This document shows, one piece after another, positions 27,492-40,949 of a stretch of DNA of 64,000 nucleotides. Numbering within the stretch: position 1 is the first letter of the stretch; each line of letters opens with the position of its first letter. A model generated the notes under the pieces. It did not search any database and was not told where the DNA came from. It saw nothing but the letters and a program-made list of their open reading frames with translations. The position numbers and the translations under genes were made by a program. The stretch is from Rotaria socialis (lineage: Eukaryota). The stretch lies in NCBI GenBank assembly GCA_905331295.1, contig CAJNYD010000036.1, positions 62,001 through 126,000 of the forward strand. Direction: 5' to 3'.

Positions 27492-29367
27492 TTATGTGTT
27501 AATAGCTTTTTGATCGTCTTCATCAGGTGACGATGATGCACCAGAGACATTATTGCTTGGGTCAGGTCCTTTACCATCAAGCAACTCTTGTTTAGCACGT
27601 CGTACAGCTGGTGAATCGTTGAGCATGCCATTTTTGACCGAATTATATACGTATAGAAATGCAGAGGCTAATAATGCAATTTCAAGACATATAATAAAAA
27701 ATATCTCGAGCATAAAATAGCCATAACTGTCAAGAATTAAACCGGTAAATATATTCCTAAAAAATCAAATAGAAAGATTTCAATTTCCGTTGATTATATA
27801 CAAACATAAATGTTACATACATGACAGCAAGGCCTAGATTTTGAATCGACTGCATAAATCCATAGGCTGTACCTAACATTTTTTTGGGAACAAGAAAAGC
27901 TACCATTGGCCAAAGAGATGCAGCTAATATAGAATAAGATATGCCCATTAAAACAAGAGGCACAACTGGATGAACAAAAAGGAATGCAAGAAGAGCATGA
28001 GCTATTATTGTTGTTGTAATACTGCCCATGAGCCAGTAAAGATTTCTACCAGTTTTATCAACAGCATAGCCAAGTAATGGTGAAAGAATTGCGGACCTTA
28101 AATAAAAAATAAAAAATTCTTCTATTTCATCTTTGAAAATTTTCTCATTTTAAACATACATGAAATAAACTAAACTATTACATGCATTTGACCAAGCAGG
28201 TGATAAATCATATTTTGATTCAAAGAGTAATTGAGCTGCAGCAATAAACGGAAATATTGCAACATAATAGAATACACAAATAATAAAAACAGAGTAGAGT
28301 GAAGCTGAAAAATGTCGAATATCTAAAAATACAAATGATAAAGTACACGCGCATGTACTATTTCTTCGACAGACATACCTCGAATATGAAATTCATCAGC
28401 TAGAATATAGTAAAAAGAATAGTCAGTTCGTGAAATAGAAAAAAATAAATAGATTCTTTATACAAACATGGATCAGGTGGGTTATCTTCTTGGATGACTT
28501 TGCGTCGTCGAATATCTAATGACCAAAGAATAATTGCACAGAGAAGCGAAATTAGACAAGTTGAAACAGCGATTAAAAGCGTTGTACCAATACGATGTGG
28601 ACCAGTTACATCTTTATCAAGTGAATCATAAATGCGATGAATTGTATTCATATTTACTAAGCTTCCCTTAACAATAAAAATAATTGTTCATTTTTTTTTC
28701 TATTCTACGAACCCTCCATAATATACATACTACACGAGCAAATGAAAGTTGTAATCCAAATACGAAATTTAATTGTTTTCCAAAAAACCATGAAACAGCA
28801 TAGGCATTTTGTGCACTTGATAATGATTCACCACCAATACCAAATATAAAACGACCAGCATTCATCAACCAAATTAAACGACAATAACCACCAATACCAA
28901 AAATGACTTGTCCAACAAGAATAAATCCACAAAATAAAGTTGCACCACGTGCTACTCCAAGCCATTTATCAATTAATATACCACCAACAGCAGCCAGTCT
29001 ATTCAATTACAAATGATAATATAAACTGATATTATTTAAATGCTTACACAACATTAGGCCATGAATACCACGAATAGAATGATGTAAAAGTTGATGAAGA
29101 GATTTTTAAATCATCTTTCATCACATCTTCTAAACCAGCTGGATTATCATAACAATAATAAGATCCTGGGAGAGAAAAACAATCATAGAAGATTGAGCTA
29201 TAAAAGTGCACTCATTTTTTACCGAATGACAAAAAGCACATGAAAAATACCGCAATCCATTTAAGATATGGTCTGCGTGGATCAAGTAAACCGTGATAAG
29301 ATGTTGTCTCTTGCCGAGGAACTAGTATAATTTGTTCGTTATCATCGTTAACATGTGTGTCTTCCAT
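27492..29367 (-). CDS. MFSD1: Lysosomal MFS transporter MFSD1
   Basis: MCFLSFGSYYCYDNPAGL, GRFIFGIGGESLSSAQNAYAVSWFFGKQLNFVFGLQLSFAR, SLWPMVAFLVPKKMLGTAYGFMQSIQNLGLA; ~55-65 nt introns. Confidence 0.95.
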
Positions 29368-29738
29368 TTGTGAGCTTGCAGTTCACAAATCTCGAATATA
29401 CGAAAAAAAAGAACATAAATAATGATGATAGTGTAAACTTTATTCATTAGTCATTGAAACAACTGATCAAAACATTTCCTGATAATAAACTTAGATTCAA
29501 CATTTAATATTCATGTAAAATAAAAGTAAACCACTGATAACGCTTATTTTATTCATTATCTTTACTAGAAAGTTTTTTTTCTAAAACTGACATCTATCAT
29601 TTACTATTGATTACTACATTATACCAATGAAGAACTCTCGAATGATTCATCATGAACATCAAGTCATTTTTTTCCCAGTCGATTCAAATTCATTTCTTTC
29701 ACAATTATTTTACATTTAGTTTATTATTATACAAAACT
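29368..29738. promoter_or_regulatory. Probable bidirectional promoter between divergent MFSD1 and FCP1-like genes
   Basis: 371-bp head-to-head spacer; positional inference only, no motif identified with confidence. Confidence 0.45.
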
Positions 29739-30491
29739 ATGTCAAATATTAAACGTTTAATAGTTCTTGATCTCAATGGTCTATTGATTCATCGTGTTCA
29801 TAAAAGTCTCTATGTAAAATGTAAACCTATGTTCAAAGAACAATACGATATGGGAAATCTACCCCAACCCGTACCAAAAGGTAATTTTGCTGTATGGTTA
29901 CGTCCTAATGTTAAACAATTTCTTATGTGGCTAATGGATCGTTTTCATGTTGCCATATGGTCGTCTGTGCTATATCATAATATTGCACCTATTGTTGAAA
30001 TATTGTTACCCGATGAACGTGATCGTTCTCGTTTATTGTTTTGGTGGAATCAAGAACATTGTTTCATTGAAGAAGATCCAGCAGCAAAAGACCCAACGAA
30101 TTCAAAAGTATTTTTTAAACGCTTGTCATCAGTATGGGATGATGTTGAAATTAACGAACGTTGGTTGATGGATCAACCGAAAGATAGCGAACTACGTAAT
30201 AATACGCTATTAATTGATGATAACAAAGCAAAGGTACGTGATAATCCAATTTATACATCCATCCATCCACGATCATGGAAATTATTTGAATTATATGATG
30301 ACAATAATAATTTACGAATCTACAAAGATGACGTATTAGAAAACAATGGACAACTAATGATATGGTTAGAAGGTTTATTAGAATGGAAGGGAACTGTACC
30401 TGAATATGTGGGAAAACATCCATACGTTGATACGCCTTTAGAAGAAATTAAAAAAAAAGAAAGGGATTCTTGGGGTTCTAGCTGGGACTAA
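29739..30491 (+). CDS. Intronless FCP1/NIF-homology HAD-superfamily protein (DLNGLL variant)
   Basis: LIVLDLNGLLIHR, LRPNVKQFL, FHVAIWSS, FFKRLSSVW, NTLLIDDNKAKVRDNP; likely start MSNIKR at 29739. Confidence 0.85.
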   Translation: MSNIKRLIVLDLNGLLIHRVHKSLYVKCKPMFKEQYDMGNLPQPVPKGNFAVWLRPNVKQFLMWLMDRFHVAIWSSVLYHNIAPIVEILLPDERDRSRLLFWWNQEHCFIEEDPAAKDPTNSKVFFKRLSSVWDDVEINERWLMDQPKDSELRNNTLLIDDNKAKVRDNPIYTSIHPRSWKLFELYDDNNNLRIYKDDVLENNGQLMIWLEGLLEWKGTVPEYVGKHPYVDTPLEEIKKKERDSWGSSWD

Positions 30492-30690
30492 GTTTTGATG
30501 AAAAAAAAAGAACATTGTTTTCATGCATACTCTTATATGAGAAAATTTCTTGTTCAGTTTCTTTTTGTAGATGGTTAGTTTAAATCCACAAAATAATCGA
30601 AGTGGAGGAGTAAGTTGAATTGTTTGCTTTTTCTTTGTATTCATTTATTTAACTGCTTTTGTTCGTTTCTTTCTCGCATTCTTCAAGGCA

Positions 30691-32298
30691 ATGTCATTTG
30701 CTGATAGATCAATACCTGGAAATGATCAAATCATATCAGAAAATACACCATTGATAAGTGGTATCGAACAACATTTTCGACAAATACGAACAGCACCTTT
30801 CATTATTATTCATATTTTACTTATGGTAAACAGGAAATAAAACAATAAATGTCGACTTATGAAAAATTTCATATTATTTGTAGATCATATTTGAAATGGT
30901 GATTGTTTTATTTCCGTTTTTATGCTACGATAAAAAAATTTCTAAAATATGTGACCAACATTCTCCATATAATATCTGCTTATATATACATGTTGGTGTT
31001 TATATTGTCAGCATTGTTTTTGATCGGTAGGATTATAAAATATTTCTAAATGAGAAGTCGATATTGTTTCTATGGTAGAAATGATAATTTAAATACTAAG
31101 ACTGATTGAAAATACTTCTCAAAGAATAAAGCATGTTTATCATACTTGTCACAATAAAAAAAAAGGTACGGCTGATTCATAAACAACAGGTCGTTTCCTA
31201 TTGTCAAAGTTTCAGCCTTATGTTAGCGAAGTATTTAACAAGGTTTTAAATCAGTGTAAATGATTTCGAATGTCCAACTTTTTACAGATTCAATCTTCTT
31301 CTTTCTTTAAACTAACTAATCCTTCGTCTATACTGTACATGCATGTATTCAATAATTTCGTTGTTTACTAAACAAAGGATTAATAGTATTACAATGAAAA
31401 TTGTAATAGTAAATAACTGAAATGATCCTTACTCAGTCTGTTTTTTTTTTGGAATATGACTTTTGACATGCGTGTTTGTGCGATCATAAACGAGATTACT
31501 GCGAGCAAAATAATTTTTACCAGATCTAACTGAATACTATCATCATAATAAATAAATCGTGTTGGCCCATGAAAATATGCTTAATCTTTCTTTCTTTTTT
31601 AATTTTCCTCTTATTCAATGTTGATATCTATGGTTTCATTTAGTTTGTATCATTATCATCAAGATTTATCACGAAATGATGGTTACCTTGATTTTTATCG
31701 ACGAACAAGAAATTTAAGGCGTACACCTTTAATTATCATCTCAGCAGGTAAGGCTAAAATATTAAAGTTTTATTTTCTTTATTTAAATCTAATTACTAAA
31801 GGTAATGCAATTCTCGTCGCGATGATTAAACTACTTGAAGATTATCAAACATCAATTTTACCACTTCAACCATGGCATTTTCTTGCAATATTAACTACTA
31901 TTCAAGTAGTTATTATTTTAAGTGTACTCTCCTGGTATCTCGGTAAGTGAAATAAGATTGACTTTAATTTTATGATTTTTCCTTTGATATAAAGTTATGA
32001 CTATTCAATTCAATAAACAACGTAACCTTCCCGATGCAGCACTCGATGATTTACTTTCAACTTTTGTTCCATTACAAGGATCAACTAATGAAATTGGTTT
32101 TCGGTTTGTTGTTTAGTGTGAATTATTTATTTATTTTATTTGTATTTTTCTAGAGATCAAACTTATACAGAAAATGTTCTTGAAAAACAGGCAGATCTGA
32201 TTCGATATTTACGTGATCGAAATGACCAGTTAGCTCATTTTGTTCATAGACTTAAACAACAAGTAAACATTGAGCAAACCTCAACAAATCTTATTTAA
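30691..32298 (+). CDS. TMEM192: Lysosomal membrane protein TMEM192
   Basis: Spliced exons give FRQIRTAP, SRNDGYLDFYRRTRNLRRTPLIIISAGNAIL, FNKQRNLPDA, EIGFRDQTYTENVLEKQADLIRYLRDRN (C-terminal coiled coil). Confidence 0.9.
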
Positions 32299-32337
32299 TA
32301 ATACTCATTTTCAACTGGTCGATCTTTCACTTTATAT

Positions 32338-32339
<2 letters not shown>

Positions 32340-32373
<34 letters not shown>
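32340..32373. repeat. (TA)n microsatellite
   Basis: Uninterrupted TA run after TMEM192; shorter TA runs occur near 38-57, 1004-1023 and 50679-50696. Confidence 0.9.
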
Positions 32374-32377
<4 letters not shown>

Positions 32378-35144
32378 CGTTCTGTTTTGTAGTTTGACAG
32401 ATAGTAATTATATTTCTCTCTATATGGATCAATGATTTATTCAAAATAAATTTTTCTCGATTTAAAAATCGAATATTAATAAGATTTTTTTAAATAACAC
32501 ATTGTAAAATATTTAAGATATTTGTTTTTATAAATAAAGCGTTAAAATGATGAAGTTATCAGCATCTAATAATGAAAAGTGCCGGAAAACATTGCTTAAA
32601 AGTTCTGAGACTGTATTAATCAAAAAGCAAATAAATTGACGATTAAAAAATAGTAAAAATTCATTTTTGAATTGTAATTTACTATGTGCTATTTTACAAC
32701 AATCGTTCAAACATACGAATCAATCAATATCTATACAATAAGGAGATTATGGATTTCGTACAGAAAAATCCTTCTTTTCAATCCATCGATAGCATTATCT
32801 TCACCATATTGGATATCTGAATAGATAATTTCTGATTAAGTGACCTGTCTTGTAATAGTATATTTTTTAAGAAATATTTGCTAGAGAAATCTTTTTTATT
32901 GATCACACTGAACGGTCGAGTTATATTTCATTGGTAAAAACAATCACTATTGTATCAATCAAGTAACAAGATGAGCTGCATTTTTGGTTTTTACAGAATT
33001 TAGAATACTATTTAGTCTTCACTCAGCTGCTGATTGGTTATCATAAAAAATGGCAAAAGCACTACAGTATGAAAGAAAGAAATGGAAAATACTCAAAAGA
33101 GAGCGCTCGCACTCTTTTTTTTCGCTCACTAATGTACAAATAAAAAGCATTCAATTGTAACAGCTTTTAAATTGGAATCAATGATAACAAAACAATTCAA
33201 TATGCTCGACAAAAAGTAAATATATTTAATCAGTTACGATTATGTATGTTTTTTGAATGAAGGCGCCCTATACTGTCTAGCTGTGTTCTTTCATTCTGCA
33301 TCTATCTATCTCTCTTTCTTCCTGTAGTAAGTTATACGTAATAAACGATCGGATTGAACACATTTCTACTACGTTGGCCTTAAATAGATTACTTTCCATC
33401 TAGAATGATAAGAATTTTATCAAGCAAACGAGAGGTCTTTTAAGAATAGACACTCTAAATACTAGCAGAATTATTTAAAAAATACTTTCTTTAAATCAAT
33501 AGACAAAAATCTATCAACGGCATAGAATATATTTTATTTAAACGGTAAAAGAAACCTAAAAATTTTCTCCAAGCCGTGAGAGTCTAAGAACAATTCTTCT
33601 TATTATGCATTGCCATATTTTGCGAAATTTTCATTATAATAATGTTTTTTTTGTACATGCATTGCGTAGTGTAACATACAGAAAAAGACGAGCCCCAACT
33701 TGTTTACCTATTGTCTCTATATAATCATAATCTTAATCTATTTCTTTATGTCTAGTTATACTGACAAAAACAAATGAATGATCCATCAAATCTTGGCCAA
33801 TGTAACAAAAACAAGATGACAAAATTGTTTTTTCTTTCAAGTATCTTTCTACATATAACTAAATTAAGATTCTTGATTTAGATGAACAATTTCAATTATA
33901 ACTAAATCTAATTGGATCTATTCAATATGTGGCTTTTAGTTTTCAACTAATCAATGAACATTGCATGTTCCATTATCGATGTAATTGATGTTGACCATCA
34001 TTCAATATGATTTTATGCAGATCTACTGTTAGAAAGTCTCAATAGGGTCAATATTGAATTCTGGCATCGATCACAATATTTAATACTATGTCAAACATCA
34101 TCTTGAAACTAATTGAATAAAAGAAAAACTACTTTATAGTAGATGTGCATGTCAAACAAATCTCTGGTATTGAATACCAATGTAAAAGCGAGATGAAATC
34201 ACATCATATATTATACACAATCGAGCTAATTGATATTCATTTATTGTAATATAGCTTTTCTTTCACAGTATAGAGTACCGCCTTTTATGCCATCCAAAGT
34301 GTCGATATCTTGACAAAAAAAGTAAACACAAGATAATTGACGCAATCATCGCAACGCCCTTGATGAGTATATAAATAAACACCTATCATTTGTCCATTTA
34401 TTTTCTTGACAAATCATTCTAATCTTTATTTTGTTTTGCATGAATAGAAAAGATATGAGCAATAATGCTCAGTAGGAAATGACACCAACTCAATCATTCA
34501 TTTGCCGGCGTCACCATATAGAAAAAGATGAATCCGGATATGACGATGAAAAAAAAGGTTTAAGTGATGGTAGACACTCTAATTAAAATGTCATGCAGAC
34601 TGAAAATTACTTTTTTCATTTTTCATGGAAATTATGAAACCTTGTATTGTAGTACTGTGCATAGTAATTTATTCACTTGTACGCAATAAATTTCCTTCTA
34701 ACAACATGAAGTAAATATGTATAAGGCTCGACAGATATGTGTTAAACAAATGAACAGAAATATTTGCTCATGTCGTGTACAACAAGAAAACGATCAGATT
34801 TCATTACTTTATCTAAAAGGTTAAGTTTTTTAACTCGTTGTTCCCCGAAATTAATTCAATGAATGTCTTGAACAAATTAATGTTGAATTGCTCTCTTTTT
34901 TTTTGTGTTGAAAAACATGCACAATTTAACAATTCGAAATGTAAAACTCAAGGGACAACCATTATAGTAACATATATATTTAGTCGTCATTATTACACGG
35001 CCATGGTAGGTGACTTTATATGTATTTAAATACATGTGCGTTAGTCGGAAAATGGAATTAAAGAGTTCGATAGTTTCGGAATGGGCTTGCATGTTATTTT
35101 TTTGACATTTTTTCTTCTTCTATTCAACGGTCATTTTGGCTCTT

Positions 35145-35232
35145 GAGAGAAGAGAGGGGGAGGAGAAGCGAATAGAGAGGAGAGGAGAGAAGAGAAAGAA
35201 GAAGAAGAAGAATAAGAATAAGAAGAGGAGGA
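35145..35232 (+). repeat. Polypurine GA/GAA-rich tract upstream of the Ig-superfamily gene
   Basis: GAGAAGAGAGGGGGAGGAGAAG...GAAGAAGAAGAAG, followed by (CAT)n; ~300 bp upstream of ATG 35523. Confidence 0.7.
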
Positions 35233-35522
35233 TGTGGCCGTTCCTTCATTTCTCTCAATATACGAACTCGTATTTACTCATCATCATCATCATTGGTAAA
35301 GGATAGAAGAAATCATAATCATTTCTATCCTCTCAATCGAGCTGATCCTCTTGGTTGTCATCTAGTTTATTTACAAATTCATTTTTGTTCGGATCGAAAA
35401 AAGAATACATAGAAATTCTTATGTTGAACTTTAACTTGACGTAACACAAAATAAAAATTTCACCTCCACACTGCTACGCAGATTAACGTATTCATTCGAT
35501 TGTCGTCATTTTACTTTTGCAA

Positions 35523-38500
35523 ATGTACCAAGTGACAATCTTCGGTAAGTTCATATTCATCCTTCTACTGAAAGTTCTTTCTTCTATGCTAAATTAAGAT
35601 TACACAATAGTCATTAGTGTGACGTGACCAACAAAAAAGGAAAACGCCAAGAATTTTATGATTTTCTTTTCATTGTCTCTATCGAACAGCATCGATTTTT
35701 ATTTTAGACTTGTTGTTGAGTACTAAGAAAAGTCTTTGGAACAAAGTAAAAGTGGGCATGTCATTGAAGGCATGTCAAGATTTCTTTTGTCGTACTCAGA
35801 TTTAATCTGTTCGTATCGTCATAGTGAATTTTCTAATTTGATTTTAAACACTTTGTTTGATCGAATAAAGCGATATGATTAATATCATATACTATTGAAT
35901 TATCTTTGACATATTGAAAGTGACAGAGAAAATAATGATTATCTATTTGATTGAAAACAAAACCAAAGCCAAAGCAGTAGATATACTTCGTTAAATATTT
36001 GTTTAGTACTATGCTTTATCGCTATGGAATGGATTCAAGCATCGAAGATTGTTGATACGAAAACTATTACCAAAAAACAAGGTCACGATGTAGTACTTGC
36101 CTGTCGGTTTGAACAATTAAATACAGGAGATCGTGTTATGTGGTAAGAATGACTGCAAAAACAAAATGTTTTCGAGTTTGTTTTTTATGTTGACTTTGTT
36201 TTCTATTAACAACTAGGTCAAAGGATGGTGTTATTTTGTCTGTTAACGATGAAATAAATGGTGATCGAAAAAAATATGAAATCATCAACAAATATGATCT
36301 AATGGTTAAAACAGTAGCAGAACAAGACAGTGGAAAATATTTATGTCAAAATTTTGATCAACTTGTATCGATGAATATTCTATTAACTATTTTAAGTAAG
36401 TAGAGTTAAATTCTTTTATGTAACATTTTTACTATTTACTATGCATATGTATTTATCTCGGGTGTATGCATAGAAAATAACTATGAATGACAGTTGCGTT
36501 GTAATATCGATATCAAGAATGTTTCGAACGAAGCTATTTTAGCATAATCTAAAAAACTGATCCAACCGATGATAGTATTGATTGGAATATATGAACGACC
36601 GTTTAACAGCTGGATAGCTGCTATGCCGTGAGATTGAATAGAAAAGGCGAAGGTCAATAGTTGATTGATGTCTGACCGTTTCTTAATTGTTCTCTCTTTT
36701 CTGATTCTAATCAACAATATCAAGGTTGACATCTATTCTATTTTCCAAAGTGTGAACTGTTGTTGTTCTAACATTTTACTTTTAGCTCGGCCATCAAAAC
36801 CCGATATACAACAAGCAAATAAGAGTTTAATTGAAAATCATTCAGGCAAATTTTTTTGCATAACACAAGGTGGAAATCCACCACCAACATTTACTTGGTT
36901 AATCAATCAAATAAAAATCAACGAGTAAACAATTGAAATATACGTATTTTAATTTAAATAAATTTACTTTCTTTTTCTAAAAATTAAATTAGATCATTCT
37001 ATAACGTGCGTAATGATGCACGTCAATCGTATAGTGAATTAAATTTACTAATGGGAAAACGTTTTCATAATGGTTTATTAACTTGTCACGTAGAAAATCA
37101 AGCTCTAGACAAACCATTGATTACTACATATACATTGAATATTGAATGTAAAGAAAGATGTTCTATGATTTCAGAATCGATTGTTTTTGATTTTCACTGG
37201 TAAATATAGATAAACCAGAAGTTCGTCTACGTCATGGTCAAACAATTGTCTCAAATAGTAATCTACTGGTTGTCGAAGATGATCATATGACACTTCAATG
37301 TGAAGCTGAATCAAACCCACCCATACTTAAACCAGTGGCTTGGCTAAAGAACAGTGTATCACTTCCTGGTTTGTTAATTTCTAAAGGCAAATTCTTACAA
37401 AAGAAAAATCTTTTTTTTTTCTCCACTAAATTTGTAGATATTAATTCTTCTTCATTCACATTATCAAATATCAAACGTAATGATGATGGAGCATATACAT
37501 GTCTAGCATCAAATGTAATTGGACATGATCAATCATCAGTACACATTCGTGTTCAATGTAAAATGAAAAACAAATATTTGAAAAATCTTCTTTTTAAAAT
37601 ATGTTCTGTTGCTTTTATAGATTCACCAATGGTTCATTTGAATGGAAGTGGTCTGATAAATGAAAATGAAAAATTGACATTAACATGTCATGTTGATGCT
37701 TATCCATCGATTGATTATTATCAATGGTATAAAAATCATCAAAAATTAAATACAAGTTCATTGACATCTTCAATAGTTATTGAAAAAGTATCGAAAGAAG
37801 ACTCGGGCATTTACATTTGTATGGTAAAAAATACTTTGAAATATTCTAATGGAAGTTCAATTGAGAAATATAATAAAACGCAAACAAGAGTGACTGTTAA
37901 TTGTAAGAGAAATTTTTATAGAAATAATCAAAAATAACTTTTTACTTTCTCAGATGCTCCAAAAGTTCGTACATTTGATTCGATAGTAGCTGTTGATCTT
38001 CTTACCACCAATGTAAAATTCCAATGTGAAATAGATTCGTATCCTGAATCAATAGTAACCTGGAGATTTAATAATAATAATGTTATATTTAATTCAAATA
38101 AATATTCTATTGTACAAAATAAATCATTATCTTATTTAACTATTCAACAGATTGAATCAAACACAGATTATGGCTTGTATTCGTGTAATGCAACGAATAA
38201 GTTAGGATATAATTCAGCAACTATCCAACTGAGATCAAAAGGTATATTGACATATAGTCTAATGTTAAGATCAAATCATTGGTCATACTGTGTTTGCTCT
38301 TTTCTCGATCATTATCATATCATTCGGACGTATGTCTCCTATTGTTCACAGGATGGAATTTTTTTATGCTAATAGTTTATCGATCAATCATTTTCATCGT
38401 TGTTGTTTATCATCTGATGAAATGAAAACAAAAGAAAATAATTTTTTCTTTCTATTTTTCTTTATTTAGCTGTACCTGAATCGCCAACAGATTTAAATGT

Positions 38501-40294
38501 AACAAATGTTCATTATTCAGCAATTAGTTTGAAATGGAAACCGGGCTTTGATGGAGGATGGCCACAATCGTTTTGGATTTCATTAGATAATTCCATATGG
38601 AAAGAAACTAATCAAACGTTTTATACATTTACAAGTGAGTTACTTTTGTCATAGTATCATCGAAGAAGACTATATGATATCATCAGTGTGACCCACTAGT
38701 TGCTTATATACGTATAAGTAGTACGGACTGATGGATGTAATATGCATCAACAATAACCAAGACATAAACATGATCGTTCAAAATAGTTGTAGAATATAAA
38801 CATAGACTATAATTTTCTGATTGCATAAACTCATAGAAAACAGATCAAGCAGTTTGACTGAAAAATATAGGGTCCGAAATTATTTTTTGATTTTGACCGA
38901 TTCACTTAATGTTTGAATATTATTCGCTACAAATCTTTCCATAGAAGTTCCACAAGTTTTTGATGGAATAATACATTCATTCCGACGGATATTAAAAATA
39001 ATGTTTTTAGATCTTCAACATTTGGAATACTATAATGTAACTGTTCGTGCTTATAATGAATTGGGACAAAGTTCAACTGTTGCATTTCTTCGCGTTCAAA
39101 CAAAAGATGTACCAGTACGAAAAGAAGGTTAGATTTCAATTGAGTTTGATGGTAGACGATAATGCTTTTTTTGCTATTAGATTTACCAAATATTGAACAT
39201 TCATCATTGGAATTATCAGAAAAATTAATTAATTATCGTTTAAATGATTCAAGTTTTATGTCAATAAAAGTTCCATTGTGTATGCGAATTGAAATCGATA
39301 ATGAAACAAATATATGCGAACGTATTATTACATCAAGTGGAGTGTTGAAATTCAATGAAAACAATTTAAATAATAATATTAATCTATCGATTTGTATTGA
39401 CCAATACGAAAATTATTGCGGAGAATCAATACCAGTGCAAATAAGTAAAATGATTTTGCTGATAATTTTACCTTAGTTTTAAAAAGATTTTGCGGTTTCA
39501 GAACGCGATACATCATTCAATTGGGTATTTATTGTTTTATCATCGATTATTACTGTTGCTTTACTTATTCTTTGTGGTCTCGGCATATTTTGTTTTTTAA
39601 CAAATCGTAAACAACAACGAAATACGAATCTCTCTCGAGGTATTTTCTTAACTCTTCGCATAATTTTTTGATTTGATTGACACACGCTTGTTCTTTTTAA
39701 TATGTTAAGTTATTACATCAGATAAAGCACCTTCACAAAATCAAGTCATCAGTACAAAACCAGTTATTCCTACTACGAACAGGTACGTCGATTAAATAAT
39801 AAAAAGAATCATTACTATCTATTTGAGAAATCTAACTTATAGTCCAACTAAATATTTTTCAAATGTAACATATCCTGAACGACAACAAGTGCAATCGTCT
39901 TATGGTAGATTAGCTGAAATTCAAAAATTTGATCAATTACAAGGTACATCATTTTTATTGTCTCATATGAAATTCATAAGTCAATTTTGTTTTTGTGTGT
40001 ACAGGCAATGTTGTTAATAATCGTCAATTATCAAATGGCTCAAGCGATCCAATACTATCTAATCCCAATTCATCTTCATTATCAGGCAGTGACCATTTAA
40101 CAATAACTGATATGAATCCAACCGATGTGTCATCAATAGAAAATGATTTACATGCTAATCAATCACAATATCTTGGCTATGGTTTTCCAATTTATACAGT
40201 AAAAAATAAAGAAGATAGCGCCGAAAGCGGTTGTTCAACACCATTGAAAAGTTATCATCTAAACAAAAAGACAGTTTACGAAGTTGTCGTTTAG
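35523..40294 (+). CDS. Type I membrane Ig-superfamily adhesion protein (about 5 Ig + FN3, TM, cytoplasmic tail), nephrin/echinoid-like
   Basis: Spliced signal peptide MYQVTIFVLCFIAMEWIQA; Ig motifs DSGKYLC, CITQGGNPPPTFTW, DDGAYTC, DSGIYIC, DYGLYSC; FN3 WKPGFDGGWPQSF; TM VFIVLSSIITVALLILCGLGIFCFL; C-terminal PDZ-ligand-like YEVVV. Confidence 0.88.
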
Positions 40295-40949
40295 ATTATC
40301 AGTATTAGACAGTGAAAATATTTATGTAGAATTCCTTTGTGTTGTGATGATGAAATAAAAGATTAGAAAGAAAAAAAATCTATTGAATAAGCTTATTGAG
40401 AATTTATGTATTTTATTTCAAACTAAAACAATAACAGGCAAGTGCGGGTCGATTTGATTGCTAGTTGTACCAGTAAAAATATTCACAAGAATAGATGATA
40501 AGTTAAATAGCTTTTCAAAAATTCATTGGACAAATCCGATTGAAAAATCAGAGATCTATACTTTTTTATTGTAATCATTGAATCTGATCATTAGTGATAC
40601 TTCAAGAGAGAGAGAGGCTTTCTCAAGATAGATGATGACAAACTTACTACATATATATTCAATTACTACACACGCATATATTTATGTTTGACTGACATTT
40701 GCTTTGCCCTTAAGCATCATTAGAAGAATTGAGAATCATTAGAAGAACAAGTCTCCTGCTGTAATTTACTATGAACATTTGTGACCTATGGACAAACATG
40801 TCACTTGCTATTTAAATCAATGAGGATATGAGATGTTATCTATTATTAATTACAAGTTGATTGATTTAATTGCTTTTTTAACATTACAATACTTAACATC
40901 TTAGTGGTTTATGTAAATTTAAGGCGAATAATTGGTTTGCTAATTTCGA

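Noticed and set aside
25214..30491. Two FCP1/NIF-domain genes (TIMM50 and the DLNG protein) close together as a local duplication
   Set aside because: They belong to different subfamilies with little similarity and different intron structure; likely coincidence.
38413..38430. CTGATGA-AAT-GAAA hammerhead-like core
   Set aside because: No stem II and no convincing stems I/III; expected by chance in AT-rich DNA.
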